The position numbers were made by a program, and so were the translations under genes. From NCBI GenBank assembly GCA_902792855.1, contig CADBBP010000001.1:24784-88783 (forward strand): DNA of 64,000 nt, in the 5' to 3' direction. Of this stretch, positions 35,792-45,083 are shown piece after piece. The stretch is from an uncultured Prevotellaceae bacterium. GTDB lineage: Bacteria > Bacteroidota > Bacteroidia > Bacteroidales > Bacteroidaceae. How positions within the stretch are numbered: the stretch's first letter is position 1; every line of letters begins with the position of its first letter. A model generated the notes under the pieces. It worked only from the letters and a program-made list of their open reading frames with translations. It had not been told where the DNA came from and did no database searches.

Positions 35792-35888
35792 CGCTATTTC
35801 CCTTGCTCTCATTGTTTGAAAATTATGCGTGTTGGGACGTTTTAACAAAAATTACCACTCCAATTGAACTTATTAGGGGGAATAGTTG

Positions 35889-35896
35889 TACTTTTG
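35889..35896 (+). promoter_or_regulatory. Bacteroidota -7 promoter box (TACTTTTG)
   Basis: Exact TAnnTTTG match 117 nt upstream of the ATG at 36013. Confidence 0.3.
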
Positions 35897-36012
35897 CAAA
35901 CAATTAATAAATAGCGTCTTTGCATATCGTCGTACATTCAAGAACTTTCGAGTATTTTTCAGACAAAGTTCTCGAGTGCAAGAGACATGCATGATAAAAA
36001 AGAAATGAAACA

Positions 36013-36258
36013 ATGAGCATTCCTGACAATTACAAGAGCGGCTCTTCGCAAAGCAGCCACCATCACCATCATCACAGTGGCAAGAAGAGGAAGCACATGG
36101 ATGACTCCGACCGCTTCAAGAAGCATGGCTTGTCATCCATCCGCCGTCGCAAAATTTTGAGCAGACTCCTCTGGTGGGCGTTGGTATTGGCAGCGATAGC
36201 TGTTATTGTAACAGTCATCATCGTCTATACCCAGGTTCCAGTGACAAAATACAAATAA
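36013..36258 (+). CDS. small tail-anchored membrane protein with a natural His6 tract
   Basis: The 81-aa product has SSHHHHHHSGKKRKH, a basic region and one C-terminal TM helix (LLWWALVLAAIAVIVTVIIV). A terminator follows. Confidence 0.45.
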   Translation: MSIPDNYKSGSSQSSHHHHHHSGKKRKHMDDSDRFKKHGLSSIRRRKILSRLLWWALVLAAIAVIVTVIIVYTQVPVTKYK

Positions 36259-36301
36259 TGACGATTGGCCGCTAAGCCAATCCGAAAATGTCATCAGAGA
36301 C

Positions 36302-36333
36302 AAAAGGCCAAGGGCAATCTCCCTTGGCCTTTT
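36302..36333. terminator. bidirectional terminator hairpin
   Basis: The hairpin aaaaggccaaggg-caatct-cccttggcctttt lies between convergent genes. Confidence 0.6.
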
Positions 36334-36353
36334 GCAGCGTTTTGTCTTCCATC

Positions 36354-38006
36354 CTATTTGGTCACCCTGAACCAGTCGGCCTCCAACCATCCCCTGTCGG
36401 TGGGTCCGTCGGGTTCGACGCTTACAAAGCCTATTTTCGCCCCTATCCATTTTCCCTCTTTCATGGTAAAAGGCTCCCCAGCGTCCTTGAATTTCTTTCC
36501 GTCGAGGCTGTATGCGAACTTGCAAACACCGTCATCGACCGTCATTCTCAGGAAGATGTCGAGATGTATCCCCGGCTTGTAGTCCACCTTGTCCTCAGCC
36601 GTGGGCTTGAGCGTGGCGATGTCAGTTGCCGTCTCCGGTTTTCCCTTGTCGGCAGCCTTGCACGTCACCCTTTGCAGGATGAACTCCTTTCCCACCCTTT
36701 TGGCCATGAGGGCGGAGTAGTCGAGCCCTTGCATGATGATGCCAGCCGACTGGTTGTCAGCCTTTGACGTGATGCGCACCTTTGCCGTGGCTGTAAACTT
36801 GTCGGCGGGTGTTTTCTGCAACAGCATGTTGGGCACATCCCACATGTTGGGGGCTTTCGGGTCGTGCTTGAAGTTGAAGACGCGGAACGTGCCGAACATG
36901 GTGGGCATTCCGAACGTCTGGTCGTAATTAGCCTGCCACTGCCACTGCAAGCCCATTTTCGGTTGGTCGAACTCATCACTCTCCACGGGGTTGACAAGTT
37001 TCCAGGTGGCGTTCGTTTTGGGCTTCTTGTAGGTGACAACCGGCTCCCCGCAATAGTCGCCATCCTTGTCCTCGCCCATGACGGGCCAGTTGTCCTTCCA
37101 GGTCACAGGCTGCAGGTGCACCACCCTGCCGTAACATTCCTTGTCTTGGAAATGCATGAACCAGTCCTCTCCCATGGGCGTATGCACCCATCCTCCCTGG
37201 TGAGGCCCGTTCACCTTGGTGCTCCCTTGTGCCAACACCACCTTTGCCTCGTATGGGCCGTAAGGCGACTTGGCCCTCATGGCCAGTTGGAAGCCCGTAG
37301 GCACACCTCCCGCCGGGCACATGATCCAATACCACCCTTCTCGTTTGTAGAATTTCGGCCCCTCGCAAGTGCGGTTCTCCGTCCCGTTGCCATCAAAGAC
37401 GATGACAGGCTGCGAGATGGGCTTCGTCCCATCTGGTGTCAACTCCCTGACGGTGAGTACAGAAGCGAACCTTGACCGGCTGTTGGCCCATCCATTAACG
37501 AGGTAACACCTGCCGTCGTCGTCCCACAACGGGCACGTGTCAATCATCCCCTTTCCTGGAATGACACAGAGGGGCTCGCTCCATTCTCCTGCCGGGTCCT
37601 TGGCCTTCACCATGAAGACGCCGAAGTCGGGGTCTCCCCAATAGATGTAAAACTCTCCGTTGTGGTATCTGATGCTCGGCGCCCAGATGCCATTTCCGTG
37701 ACTTGGCTTGTCAAACACCTCCTTGGGTTGAAGTTCCTTGACCGCGTAGCCAATGATTTCCCAGTTGACCAAGTCCTTGGAGTGCAGGATGGGAAGTCCT
37801 GGGATGCACTGGAAGGAACTGGCCGTGAGATAGTAGTCGTCTCCAGCGACACACACGTCGGGGTCGCTGTAGTCTGCATTGATCACCGGGTTGGTGAAAG
37901 TGCCGTTTCCATTGTCTGGCGCCCACACCTTCGAGCGGTATTCGCCTTGCGCTTGCAATGCCACGGCGAGCATCAGCAAGAGTGTTGTTTCAATTAGTCT
38001 TTTCAT
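36354..38006 (-). CDS. GH43 beta-xylosidase/alpha-L-arabinofuranosidase-like hydrolase with a C-terminal beta-sandwich domain
   Basis: It has a signal peptide. NPVINADYSDPDVCVAGDDYYLTASSF, WAPSIRYH and CEGPKFYKREGWYW are typical GH43 XynB-like motifs. Confidence 0.8.
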   Translation of the reverse strand: MKRLIETTLLLMLAVALQAQGEYRSKVWAPDNGNGTFTNPVINADYSDPDVCVAGDDYYLTASSFQCIPGLPILHSKDLVNWEIIGYAVKELQPKEVFDKPSHGNGIWAPSIRYHNGEFYIYWGDPDFGVFMVKAKDPAGEWSEPLCVIPGKGMIDTCPLWDDDGRCYLVNGWANSRSRFASVLTVRELTPDGTKPISQPVIVFDGNGTENRTCEGPKFYKREGWYWIMCPAGGVPTGFQLAMRAKSPYGPYEAKVVLAQGSTKVNGPHQGGWVHTPMGEDWFMHFQDKECYGRVVHLQPVTWKDNWPVMGEDKDGDYCGEPVVTYKKPKTNATWKLVNPVESDEFDQPKMGLQWQWQANYDQTFGMPTMFGTFRVFNFKHDPKAPNMWDVPNMLLQKTPADKFTATAKVRITSKADNQSAGIIMQGLDYSALMAKRVGKEFILQRVTCKAADKGKPETATDIATLKPTAEDKVDYKPGIHLDIFLRMTVDDGVCKFAYSLDGKKFKDAGEPFTMKEGKWIGAKIGFVSVEPDGPTDRGWLEADWFRVTK

Positions 38007-38043
38007 TGTTTGTTATGTAATTTAGGTTGATTTTGTCCATACG

Positions 38044-39102
38044 TCATGTCAGCACGAGTTGGCATTCCCCTCCCCTGCAGTCCGTCGCCATGGTCTTGAA
38101 GCGCCCTTCTGTTCGCATAGCCACACTGACGGCGGCCATCCCCATGGTTCGTCTCACATTGACTTCCACACAAGGATGCACACATCTTCCACCCTCCTGC
38201 TCCACCACCATCATGTCCACTCCTACAGGGCCGAGGTAGGGGTCGCACATTTCACCAAGAAGCCTTTGCAAAGCCTTTGCAAGGCTGCGCATGTCATCAC
38301 GCCCGGCAACCCTCTGCAGCATGTCCCATTTCTCGTCCTCCCCGGCCAGGACGTTACCGAGGTAAGCCCCCCGGTTGGTGTGGAAGACAGACAGCCCCAC
38401 AAATTTCGCCTCCTTTTCCCCGTCAAGGATGAATTCCATGGCGAAATCCATCACCTTGTTGTAAAACGGCTCGACGATGATGCTGCCCTGCCTCTCGATG
38501 GTGTTTCTCACAAACTTCAAGGTGCCGGGGTCGCCGTCATTATCCACCAACCTTACACCTCTTCCGCTGCTGCTCCAAGGAGCTTTCACCACGCATCTCC
38601 CCCACTGTTCCTTCCACCTCCACACTTCGTCCAAGTCCTTGGCCTCCTTTCGCTTGCCGATGGTGGCAGGCACGGAGCGCACCAACGTCTCAAGAAGGTT
38701 GATGGTCGTCCTCCTGTGCGAGATGGCTCTCACCCATTCCAGTTGCTCCCTTGACGGCAAGGCCCCCTCGTCGAGACCGGCTCTCAGCAAGGCATGCCTT
38801 AATGAGTGGTTCCATCCCCATGGGTCGATGAGGGGTTTGCCATCCGTGCCTCTTGCAATTTGCCCCAACTGCTTCCAGTGGCAGAAATTCACCTTTGGCA
38901 GCAGCGTGGCAAATCGGCTTGCCTGAAGCTCCGCCTCTTCCACGTCGTCCACAACGACCCAGTCGCCTTCATCAGCCCAAAAAGCTGGAAGGAAGCCAAG
39001 TCCCTTTCGCAAGTTTCTCGCCGCTGCCGGAGGGGTAAATCCTTCTTTTCCGTATGCGAGCGCCAAGTCGTGCTCGGGGTTGAAGAGGTGGAAAATTGCC
39101 AT
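38044..39102 (-). CDS. conserved hypothetical, possibly ATP-grasp-like
   Basis: The 352-aa product has genome-typical codon usage. VVKAPWSSSGRGVRLV resembles an ATP-grasp P-loop-like strand-turn. The assignment is weak. Confidence 0.5.
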   Translation of the reverse strand: MAIFHLFNPEHDLALAYGKEGFTPPAAARNLRKGLGFLPAFWADEGDWVVVDDVEEAELQASRFATLLPKVNFCHWKQLGQIARGTDGKPLIDPWGWNHSLRHALLRAGLDEGALPSREQLEWVRAISHRRTTINLLETLVRSVPATIGKRKEAKDLDEVWRWKEQWGRCVVKAPWSSSGRGVRLVDNDGDPGTLKFVRNTIERQGSIIVEPFYNKVMDFAMEFILDGEKEAKFVGLSVFHTNRGAYLGNVLAGEDEKWDMLQRVAGRDDMRSLAKALQRLLGEMCDPYLGPVGVDMMVVEQEGGRCVHPCVEVNVRRTMGMAAVSVAMRTEGRFKTMATDCRGGECQLVLT

Positions 39103-39151
39103 TTCTCACTCCATTTTTTTATTAAAGAGGTGGAAATCTCTTATTTCGATG

Positions 39152-39159
39152 CAAAAATA
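39152..39159 (-). promoter_or_regulatory. Bacteroidota -7 promoter box (TATTTTTG)
   Basis: Exact TAnnTTTG match on the minus strand, 50 nt upstream of the ATG at 39102. Confidence 0.4.
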
Positions 39160-39213
39160 ACAAAAAATTCTCATATTTTGCAAACTTGACTTTGCATTTT
39201 AAGAAAAAAGCAT

Positions 39214-39221
39214 TAATTTTG
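39214..39221 (+). promoter_or_regulatory. Bacteroidota -7 promoter box (TAATTTTG)
   Basis: Exact TAnnTTTG match upstream of the AAA ATPase gene. Confidence 0.4.
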
Positions 39222-39313
39222 CAGAATAAACAAATCGAAAGGGCTGGGCTGTTCCCTGTCGCTGGCAGGGGTACATGTCATACAGCCATAAAAGAGAAAA
39301 CCAACCGTCCAAT

Positions 39314-40501
39314 ATGGAAGCCTTTTTCCGCACTCACACCTACCTTGTGGAGCACACCTCCGCGCCAGTTCGTCGCGACTTGATGGACGAGATAGACTGG
39401 AATGCCCGCCTGATAGGCATCAAGGGCACTCGTGGTGTGGGAAAAACCACCTTCCTTCTTCAATACGCCAACGAGCACTTTGGCTCTCGCGACCGCCAAT
39501 GCCTCTATGTGAACATGAACAACTTCTATTTCCAGGAGCATGGCATCGAGGAGTTTGCCGGGGAGTTCTACCGCCATGGCGGCAAGGTGCTGCTGGTGGA
39601 CCAGGTTTTCAAGCAGTACAACTGGAGCAAAGGTCTTCGCAAATGCTACGACAGCTATCCCGGCCTCCGTATTGTCTTCACCGGTTCGAGCGTGATGCGC
39701 CTGAAGGAGGAGAACCCCGAACTCAACGGCATCGTCAAGAGCTACAACCTTCGCGGCTTTTCCTTCCGCGAGTTTCTCAACCTTCAGACAGGCAACCATT
39801 TCCGTGCTTACACCCTGGATGAGATATTGGAGGGCCACGAACACATCATCAAGGAAATCCTCCCCAAGGCTCGTCCTCAAGAGCATTTCCAGCATTATCT
39901 ACACCATGGTTTCTACCCGTTTTTCCAGGAGCGTCGCAACTACTCCGAAAACCTCCTGAAGACGATGAACATGATGACCGAGGTTGACATACTGCTCATC
40001 AAGCAGATAGAGTTGAAATATCTCACCAAAATCAAGCGCCTGTTCTACGAACTGGCCGTCGATGGCCCCAAGGCACCCAATGTGAGTCAGTTGGCCATAG
40101 ACATAGAGACGAGCCGCGCCACCGTGATGAACTACATCAAGTATCTGGCTGACGCCCGATTGATCAACATCATCTACCCCGAGGGCCAGTCGTTCCCCAA
40201 GAAGCCGTCGAAAGTGATGCTGCACAACCCCAACCTGATGTACGCCATCTACCCGAGCAAGGTGGACCAGCAGGATATGATGGAGACATTCTTGGTGAAC
40301 TCGCTCTGGAAGGACCACAAGGTGCACCAGTCGAGCCATGAGAGCACCTACTTGGTTGACGGTCACCACCGCTTCTGCGTGTGCAACGCCCAGCAACCGC
40401 TCTCCAAGCGTCTGCCTCCGGACACAATCTACGCACGCTACAACACCGAAGTAGGCAAGGGCAACCTCATTCCCCTCTGGCTATTTGGGTTCCTCTACTA
40501 A
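39314..40501 (+). CDS. AAA family ATPase (AAA_14 + DUF4143-like)
   Basis: Walker A is GIKGTRGVGKTT and Walker B-like is VLLVDQV. The size and layout match the widespread Bacteroidota ATP-binding protein family. The start could instead be 39275. Confidence 0.65.
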   Translation: MEAFFRTHTYLVEHTSAPVRRDLMDEIDWNARLIGIKGTRGVGKTTFLLQYANEHFGSRDRQCLYVNMNNFYFQEHGIEEFAGEFYRHGGKVLLVDQVFKQYNWSKGLRKCYDSYPGLRIVFTGSSVMRLKEENPELNGIVKSYNLRGFSFREFLNLQTGNHFRAYTLDEILEGHEHIIKEILPKARPQEHFQHYLHHGFYPFFQERRNYSENLLKTMNMMTEVDILLIKQIELKYLTKIKRLFYELAVDGPKAPNVSQLAIDIETSRATVMNYIKYLADARLINIIYPEGQSFPKKPSKVMLHNPNLMYAIYPSKVDQQDMMETFLVNSLWKDHKVHQSSHESTYLVDGHHRFCVCNAQQPLSKRLPPDTIYARYNTEVGKGNLIPLWLFGFLY

Positions 40502-40558
40502 GCACGAGCGCAAGCATATACAAACATTATAAATTATTTTAACCTTTTTATTAAGAAA

Positions 40559-43500
40559 ATGGCAAAGGAAAAAAAATTCATCACCTGTGATGGCAACGAG
40601 GCTGCCGCCCATATCAGCTACATGTTTAGCGAAGTGGCCGCCATTTATCCCATCACTCCGTCATCGCCCATGGCTGAGCACGTGGACGAGTGGGCCGCTC
40701 GCGGCCGCAAGAACCTCTGGGGCCAGACTGTCTCCGTCCAGGAGATGCAGTCGGAGGCTGGTGCCGCCGGTGCCGTCCACGGCTCCCTCCAAGCCGGTGC
40801 TCTTACCACCACCTTCACCGCCTCCCAAGGCTTGCTTCTGATGATTCCGAACATGTACAAGATTGCCGGCGAGTTGCTTCCTTGCGTGTTCGACGTGTCA
40901 GCTCGTACGCTGGCCTCCCACTCTCTTTGCATCTTCGGCGACCACCAGGATGTCATGGCATGCCGCCAGACTGGCTTCGCCATGCTCTGCGAGGGCTCTG
41001 TCCAGGAAGTGATGGACCTCACCGCCGTGGCTCACCTTGCATCCCTGAAGACCTGCGTGCCTTTCATCAATTTCTTTGACGGTTTCCGCACCTCTCACGA
41101 GTATCACAAGATTGAGCGTCTTGACAACGAGGACATCCTCCCGTTGGTGGACGAGGCCGACATCAAGCGTTTCCGCGACCGTGCCTTGACTCCCGAGCGT
41201 CCTGTCACCCGTGGTACTGCCGAGAATCCCGAAACCTTCTTCACCCACCGCGAGGCTTGCAACGCCTACTACGACTCCGTTCCCGAGATTGTGGAGGAGT
41301 ACCTTGGCAAAATCAGCGCCATCACCGGCCGCGAGTATCACCTCTTCTCATACTATGGAGCCGAGGATGCCGACCGCATGGTGATTTTGATGGGTTCGGC
41401 CACCGATGCAGCCCGCGAGGCCATCGACCACCTGAATGCCAACGGCGAGAAGGTGGGCATGCTGAGCGTGCACCTCTATCGTCCTTTCTCCATCAAGCAC
41501 CTGCTGGCCTCTGTTCCCAAGTCAGTGAAGCGCATCGCCGTGCTCGACCGCACGAAGGAGCCCGGTGCAGAGGGCGAGCCTCTCTACCTGGATGTGAAGT
41601 CGGCCTACTACGACGTTGAAGACCGCCCGCTGATTGTCGGCGGCCGCTACGGACTTGGCTCTCACGACACCACTCCGGCTCAAATCATCTCCGTGTTCAA
41701 CAACCTGAAGATGCCGGAGCCAAAGAACCACTTCACCATCGGCATCGTGGACGATGTGACATTCACATCCCTCCCCGTCGTTCCCGAACTCGCACTTGGC
41801 GGCAAGGGCCTCTATCAGGCCAAGTTCTACGGCCTTGGCGCCGATGGTACCGTTGGTGCCAACAAGAACTCTGTGAAGATCATCGGCGACAACACCGACA
41901 AGTACTGCCAGGCTTATTTCTCCTATGACTCGAAGAAGTCCGGCGGCTTCACCTGCTCACACCTTCGTTTCGGCGACGAGCCCATCCGCTCCACCTACTT
42001 GGTGACAACTCCCAATTTCGTGGCATGCCACGTGCAGGCTTACCTGCACATGTATGACGTGACCCGTGGTTTGCAGAAGAACGGCACGTTCCTTCTCAAC
42101 ACCATCTTCGAGGGCGAAGAACTTGCCCGCTTCATGCCCAACAAGGTGAAGCGCTACTTCGCTGAGAACAACATCACCGTCTATACCATCAACGCCACGA
42201 AGATTGCCCAGGAGATTGGTCTCGGCAACCGCACGAACACCATCCTCCAGTCGGCCTTCTTCCGCATCACTCAAGTGATTCCCGAGGAGCTCGCCGTGGA
42301 GCAGATGAAGAAGTTCATCGTGAAATCCTACGGTTCCAAGGGTCAGGACATCATCGACAAGAACTACGCAGCTGTTGACCGCGGCGGCGAGTACAAGGAG
42401 TTTGCTGTTGACCCGGCATGGGCCAATCTTCCCGACGACGCCGTTGTTGAGGACGACGCTCCCGCTTTCGTGAAAGAGGTTGTTCGCCCAATCAACGCCC
42501 AAGCCGGCGACTTGCTGCCCGTGAGCGCCTACACCAAGTTCGGCACCACCGACGGTTCATGGGAAGTGGGCACCGCAGCTTACGAGAAGCGTGGCGTGGA
42601 GGCCTTCGTACCGGTATGGAATCCCGAGAATTGCATCCAGTGCAACCAGTGTGCTTACATCTGTCCTCACGCTGCCATCCGTCCGTTCGTCCTCACCGAC
42701 GAGGAGCTTGCCGGCTATGGCGGGCAGACCATCGAGATGAAAGCCCCGAAGACCATGAAGGGCATGCATTTCGCCATGCAGGTATCTGTTCTCGACTGCC
42801 TTGGCTGCGGCAACTGCGCCGACATCTGCCCGGGCAACCCGAAACTTGGCAAGGCACTTGCCATGGCTCCGTTCAACCCGGATGCCGAGGCCATGAAGAA
42901 AGAGGCCGCCAACTGGGAATACTGCGTGAAGAACGTGAAGTCGAAGCAAGACTTGGTGGACATCCGCAGCAACGTGAAGAACTCCCAGTTCGCACAGCCG
43001 CTGTTCGAGTTCTCCGGCGCTTGCGCTGGTTGCGGCGAGACTCCATACGTGAAGCTCATCTCCCAGTTGTTTGGCGACCGTGAGATGATTGCCAACGCCA
43101 CTGGCTGCTCGTCCATCTATTCCGCCTCCATCCCCTCCACACCTTATACAAAGAACGAGAAGGGTCAAGGCCCGGTGTTCAACAACTCCCTCTTCGAGGA
43201 CTTCTGCGAGTTCGGCCTTGGCATGGCCCTTGGCAACAAGAAGATGAAGGAGCGCGTGGCCAAGCTGCTCTGCGAGGCAACTGCTTGCGAGGAGTGCCCG
43301 TCAGAGTTCAAGGCCCTGGCTCAGGAGTGGATTGAGAAGCGCGAGGATGCCGACGAGACAAAGCGTCTGGCCGCCCTCATCAAGCCCTTCATCGCCGGTG
43401 GAGCCGAGGCTGGCTGCCCGCATTGCAAGGAGCTTCAGACCCTGGAGCACTACCTGGTGAAGCGCTCGCAGTGGATCATCGGTGGCGACGGTGCCTCCTA

Positions 43501-44131
43501 TGACATCGGCTACGGCGGTCTCGACCACGTGATTGCTTCTGGCGAGGATGTGAACATCCTGGTGCTCGACACCGAGGTTTACTCCAACACTGGCGGCCAG
43601 GCTTCGAAGGCCACCCCGCTGGGCGCCATCGCACAGTTTGCCGCTCAAGGCAAGCGCATCCGCAAGAAGGACCTTGGCATGATTGCCACCACTTACGGCT
43701 ATGTCTATGTGGCTCAAATCGCCATGGGCGCCGACCACGCACAGTGCCTCAAGGCCATCCGCGAGGCTGAGGCTTGGCACGGCCCGTCAGTGGTGATTGC
43801 CTACGCTCCGTGTATCAACCACGGCCTGAAGGCCAAGGGCGGCATGGGCAAGAGCCAGGCAGAGGAGAAGAAGGCTGTGGAGTGCGGTTACTGGCACCTG
43901 TGGCGCTTCAACCCGGCTCTGATTGACGAGAACAAGAACCCGTTCTCGCTCGACTCCAAGGAGCCCGACTGGAGCAAGTTCCACGACTTCCTCATGGGCG
44001 AGGTGCGCTACCTCTCCGTGAAGAAGGCCTACCCGAACGAGGCAGAGGAACTCTTCGCCGAGGCACAGCGCATGGCACAAATCCGCTACAAGAGCTACGT
44101 GCGCAAGACCAAGGAGGACTGGGCAGAATAA
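40559..44131 (+). CDS. nifJ: pyruvate:ferredoxin (flavodoxin) oxidoreductase
   Basis: A 1190-aa single-chain PFOR. It has two ferredoxin-type clusters (CIQCNQCAYICPHAAIRP; CLGCGNCADICP) and the TPP motif GGDGASYDIGYGGLDH. Confidence 0.93.
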   Translation: MAKEKKFITCDGNEAAAHISYMFSEVAAIYPITPSSPMAEHVDEWAARGRKNLWGQTVSVQEMQSEAGAAGAVHGSLQAGALTTTFTASQGLLLMIPNMYKIAGELLPCVFDVSARTLASHSLCIFGDHQDVMACRQTGFAMLCEGSVQEVMDLTAVAHLASLKTCVPFINFFDGFRTSHEYHKIERLDNEDILPLVDEADIKRFRDRALTPERPVTRGTAENPETFFTHREACNAYYDSVPEIVEEYLGKISAITGREYHLFSYYGAEDADRMVILMGSATDAAREAIDHLNANGEKVGMLSVHLYRPFSIKHLLASVPKSVKRIAVLDRTKEPGAEGEPLYLDVKSAYYDVEDRPLIVGGRYGLGSHDTTPAQIISVFNNLKMPEPKNHFTIGIVDDVTFTSLPVVPELALGGKGLYQAKFYGLGADGTVGANKNSVKIIGDNTDKYCQAYFSYDSKKSGGFTCSHLRFGDEPIRSTYLVTTPNFVACHVQAYLHMYDVTRGLQKNGTFLLNTIFEGEELARFMPNKVKRYFAENNITVYTINATKIAQEIGLGNRTNTILQSAFFRITQVIPEELAVEQMKKFIVKSYGSKGQDIIDKNYAAVDRGGEYKEFAVDPAWANLPDDAVVEDDAPAFVKEVVRPINAQAGDLLPVSAYTKFGTTDGSWEVGTAAYEKRGVEAFVPVWNPENCIQCNQCAYICPHAAIRPFVLTDEELAGYGGQTIEMKAPKTMKGMHFAMQVSVLDCLGCGNCADICPGNPKLGKALAMAPFNPDAEAMKKEAANWEYCVKNVKSKQDLVDIRSNVKNSQFAQPLFEFSGACAGCGETPYVKLISQLFGDREMIANATGCSSIYSASIPSTPYTKNEKGQGPVFNNSLFEDFCEFGLGMALGNKKMKERVAKLLCEATACEECPSEFKALAQEWIEKREDADETKRLAALIKPFIAGGAEAGCPHCKELQTLEHYLVKRSQWIIGGDGASYDIGYGGLDHVIASGEDVNILVLDTEVYSNTGGQASKATPLGAIAQFAAQGKRIRKKDLGMIATTYGYVYVAQIAMGADHAQCLKAIREAEAWHGPSVVIAYAPCINHGLKAKGGMGKSQAEEKKAVECGYWHLWRFNPALIDENKNPFSLDSKEPDWSKFHDFLMGEVRYLSVKKAYPNEAEELFAEAQRMAQIRYKSYVRKTKEDWAE

Positions 44132-44157
44132 AGCCTTCACCTCTTTTAATACATCAT

Positions 44158-44189
44158 TCCCGCCAGCAAGCCTGCTGGCGGGATTTTTT
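44158..44189 (+). terminator. intrinsic terminator of nifJ
   Basis: The hairpin tcccgccagc-aagcct-gctggcggga is followed by tttttt. Confidence 0.75.
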
Positions 44190-44426
44190 ATAATGATGGG
44201 TTGTAATGTAATGGAAAGTTGAGTATTTACAAGATGATTCCTGAAAAACAAATCAAACCATTGACATAAAGACAGTTATAAATTAGGCTCATTTTTGCCT
44301 TGTTCCCGATAATCGGGCAAAATTGACAAACAAAAAAAACTAACTTAAAAACTATCTATTCATTATCATAATTATCTCATTTTTTTTTTGTTATTTTGCA
44401 CACGAGAACCAAAAATCTTTAAAGTA

Positions 44427-44678
44427 ATGACAGCAATAGAACTACGTGCAGAACTACTTCGCGAAATGAGCCCACTTCTCGATAATGAGGTGGCTATGAA
44501 AAAAATGCTGATGTATGTTAGGTCATTGGTATTAGAAAAAAAGACAAGAACTGATACGGTTTCATCTGGTTGGGCTGACCGTTTCGTAGGTGCTTGGAAA
44601 GACGACCGTACTGCTGAAGAAATCATTCAAGACATACATCAAGCAAGAACAAAAAACAATATTGATGTTGTACAATGA
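44427..44678 (+). CDS. putative antitoxin of the VapBC-like pair
   Basis: The 83-aa ORF (MTAIELRAELLREMS...) overlaps the PIN gene by 4 nt (ATGA). The local context is low in GC. Confidence 0.5.
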   Translation: MTAIELRAELLREMSPLLDNEVAMKKMLMYVRSLVLEKKTRTDTVSSGWADRFVGAWKDDRTAEEIIQDIHQARTKNNIDVVQ

Positions 44679-45073
44679 AAGGATATCTGCTTGACACAAG
44701 TATATGTGTCGCCATTTTTAGAGGCAACAACAAAGTGGCAGCAAAAATGAATAAAGTGGGAAAGGAAAAATGTTTCACAACCCATATTGTTGTTGCCGAA
44801 TTACTCTTTGGAGCATATAGGAGCAATCATGTAGAGGAAAACGTCAATCAAACAAATGAATTCATTAAAAATCTAACCATTCTTCCTTTCGAAGATTGCA
44901 TTAATGATTTTGTAAAGGAAAGAGTACGATTGTGGAACATAGGTGAGAAGATTGAAGATTTTGACCTAATGATAGGTTGCGCCGCCAAGGCTGCGGGATT
45001 GACTATGGTGACTCATAACGTGAAGCATTTCGCACATATTGAAGGTATTGAAATAGAAGACTGGGTTGAATGA
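44675..45073 (+). CDS. vapC: PIN-domain toxin, VapC-like ribonuclease
   Basis: It has LLDTSICV (Asp), VVAELLFG (Glu), DFDLMIG (Asp) and VTHNVKHF, with the spacing expected for a PIN domain. The protein is 132 aa. Confidence 0.75.
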   Translation: MKGYLLDTSICVAIFRGNNKVAAKMNKVGKEKCFTTHIVVAELLFGAYRSNHVEENVNQTNEFIKNLTILPFEDCINDFVKERVRLWNIGEKIEDFDLMIGCAAKAAGLTMVTHNVKHFAHIEGIEIEDWVE

Positions 45074-45083
45074 CTATTTGCTT

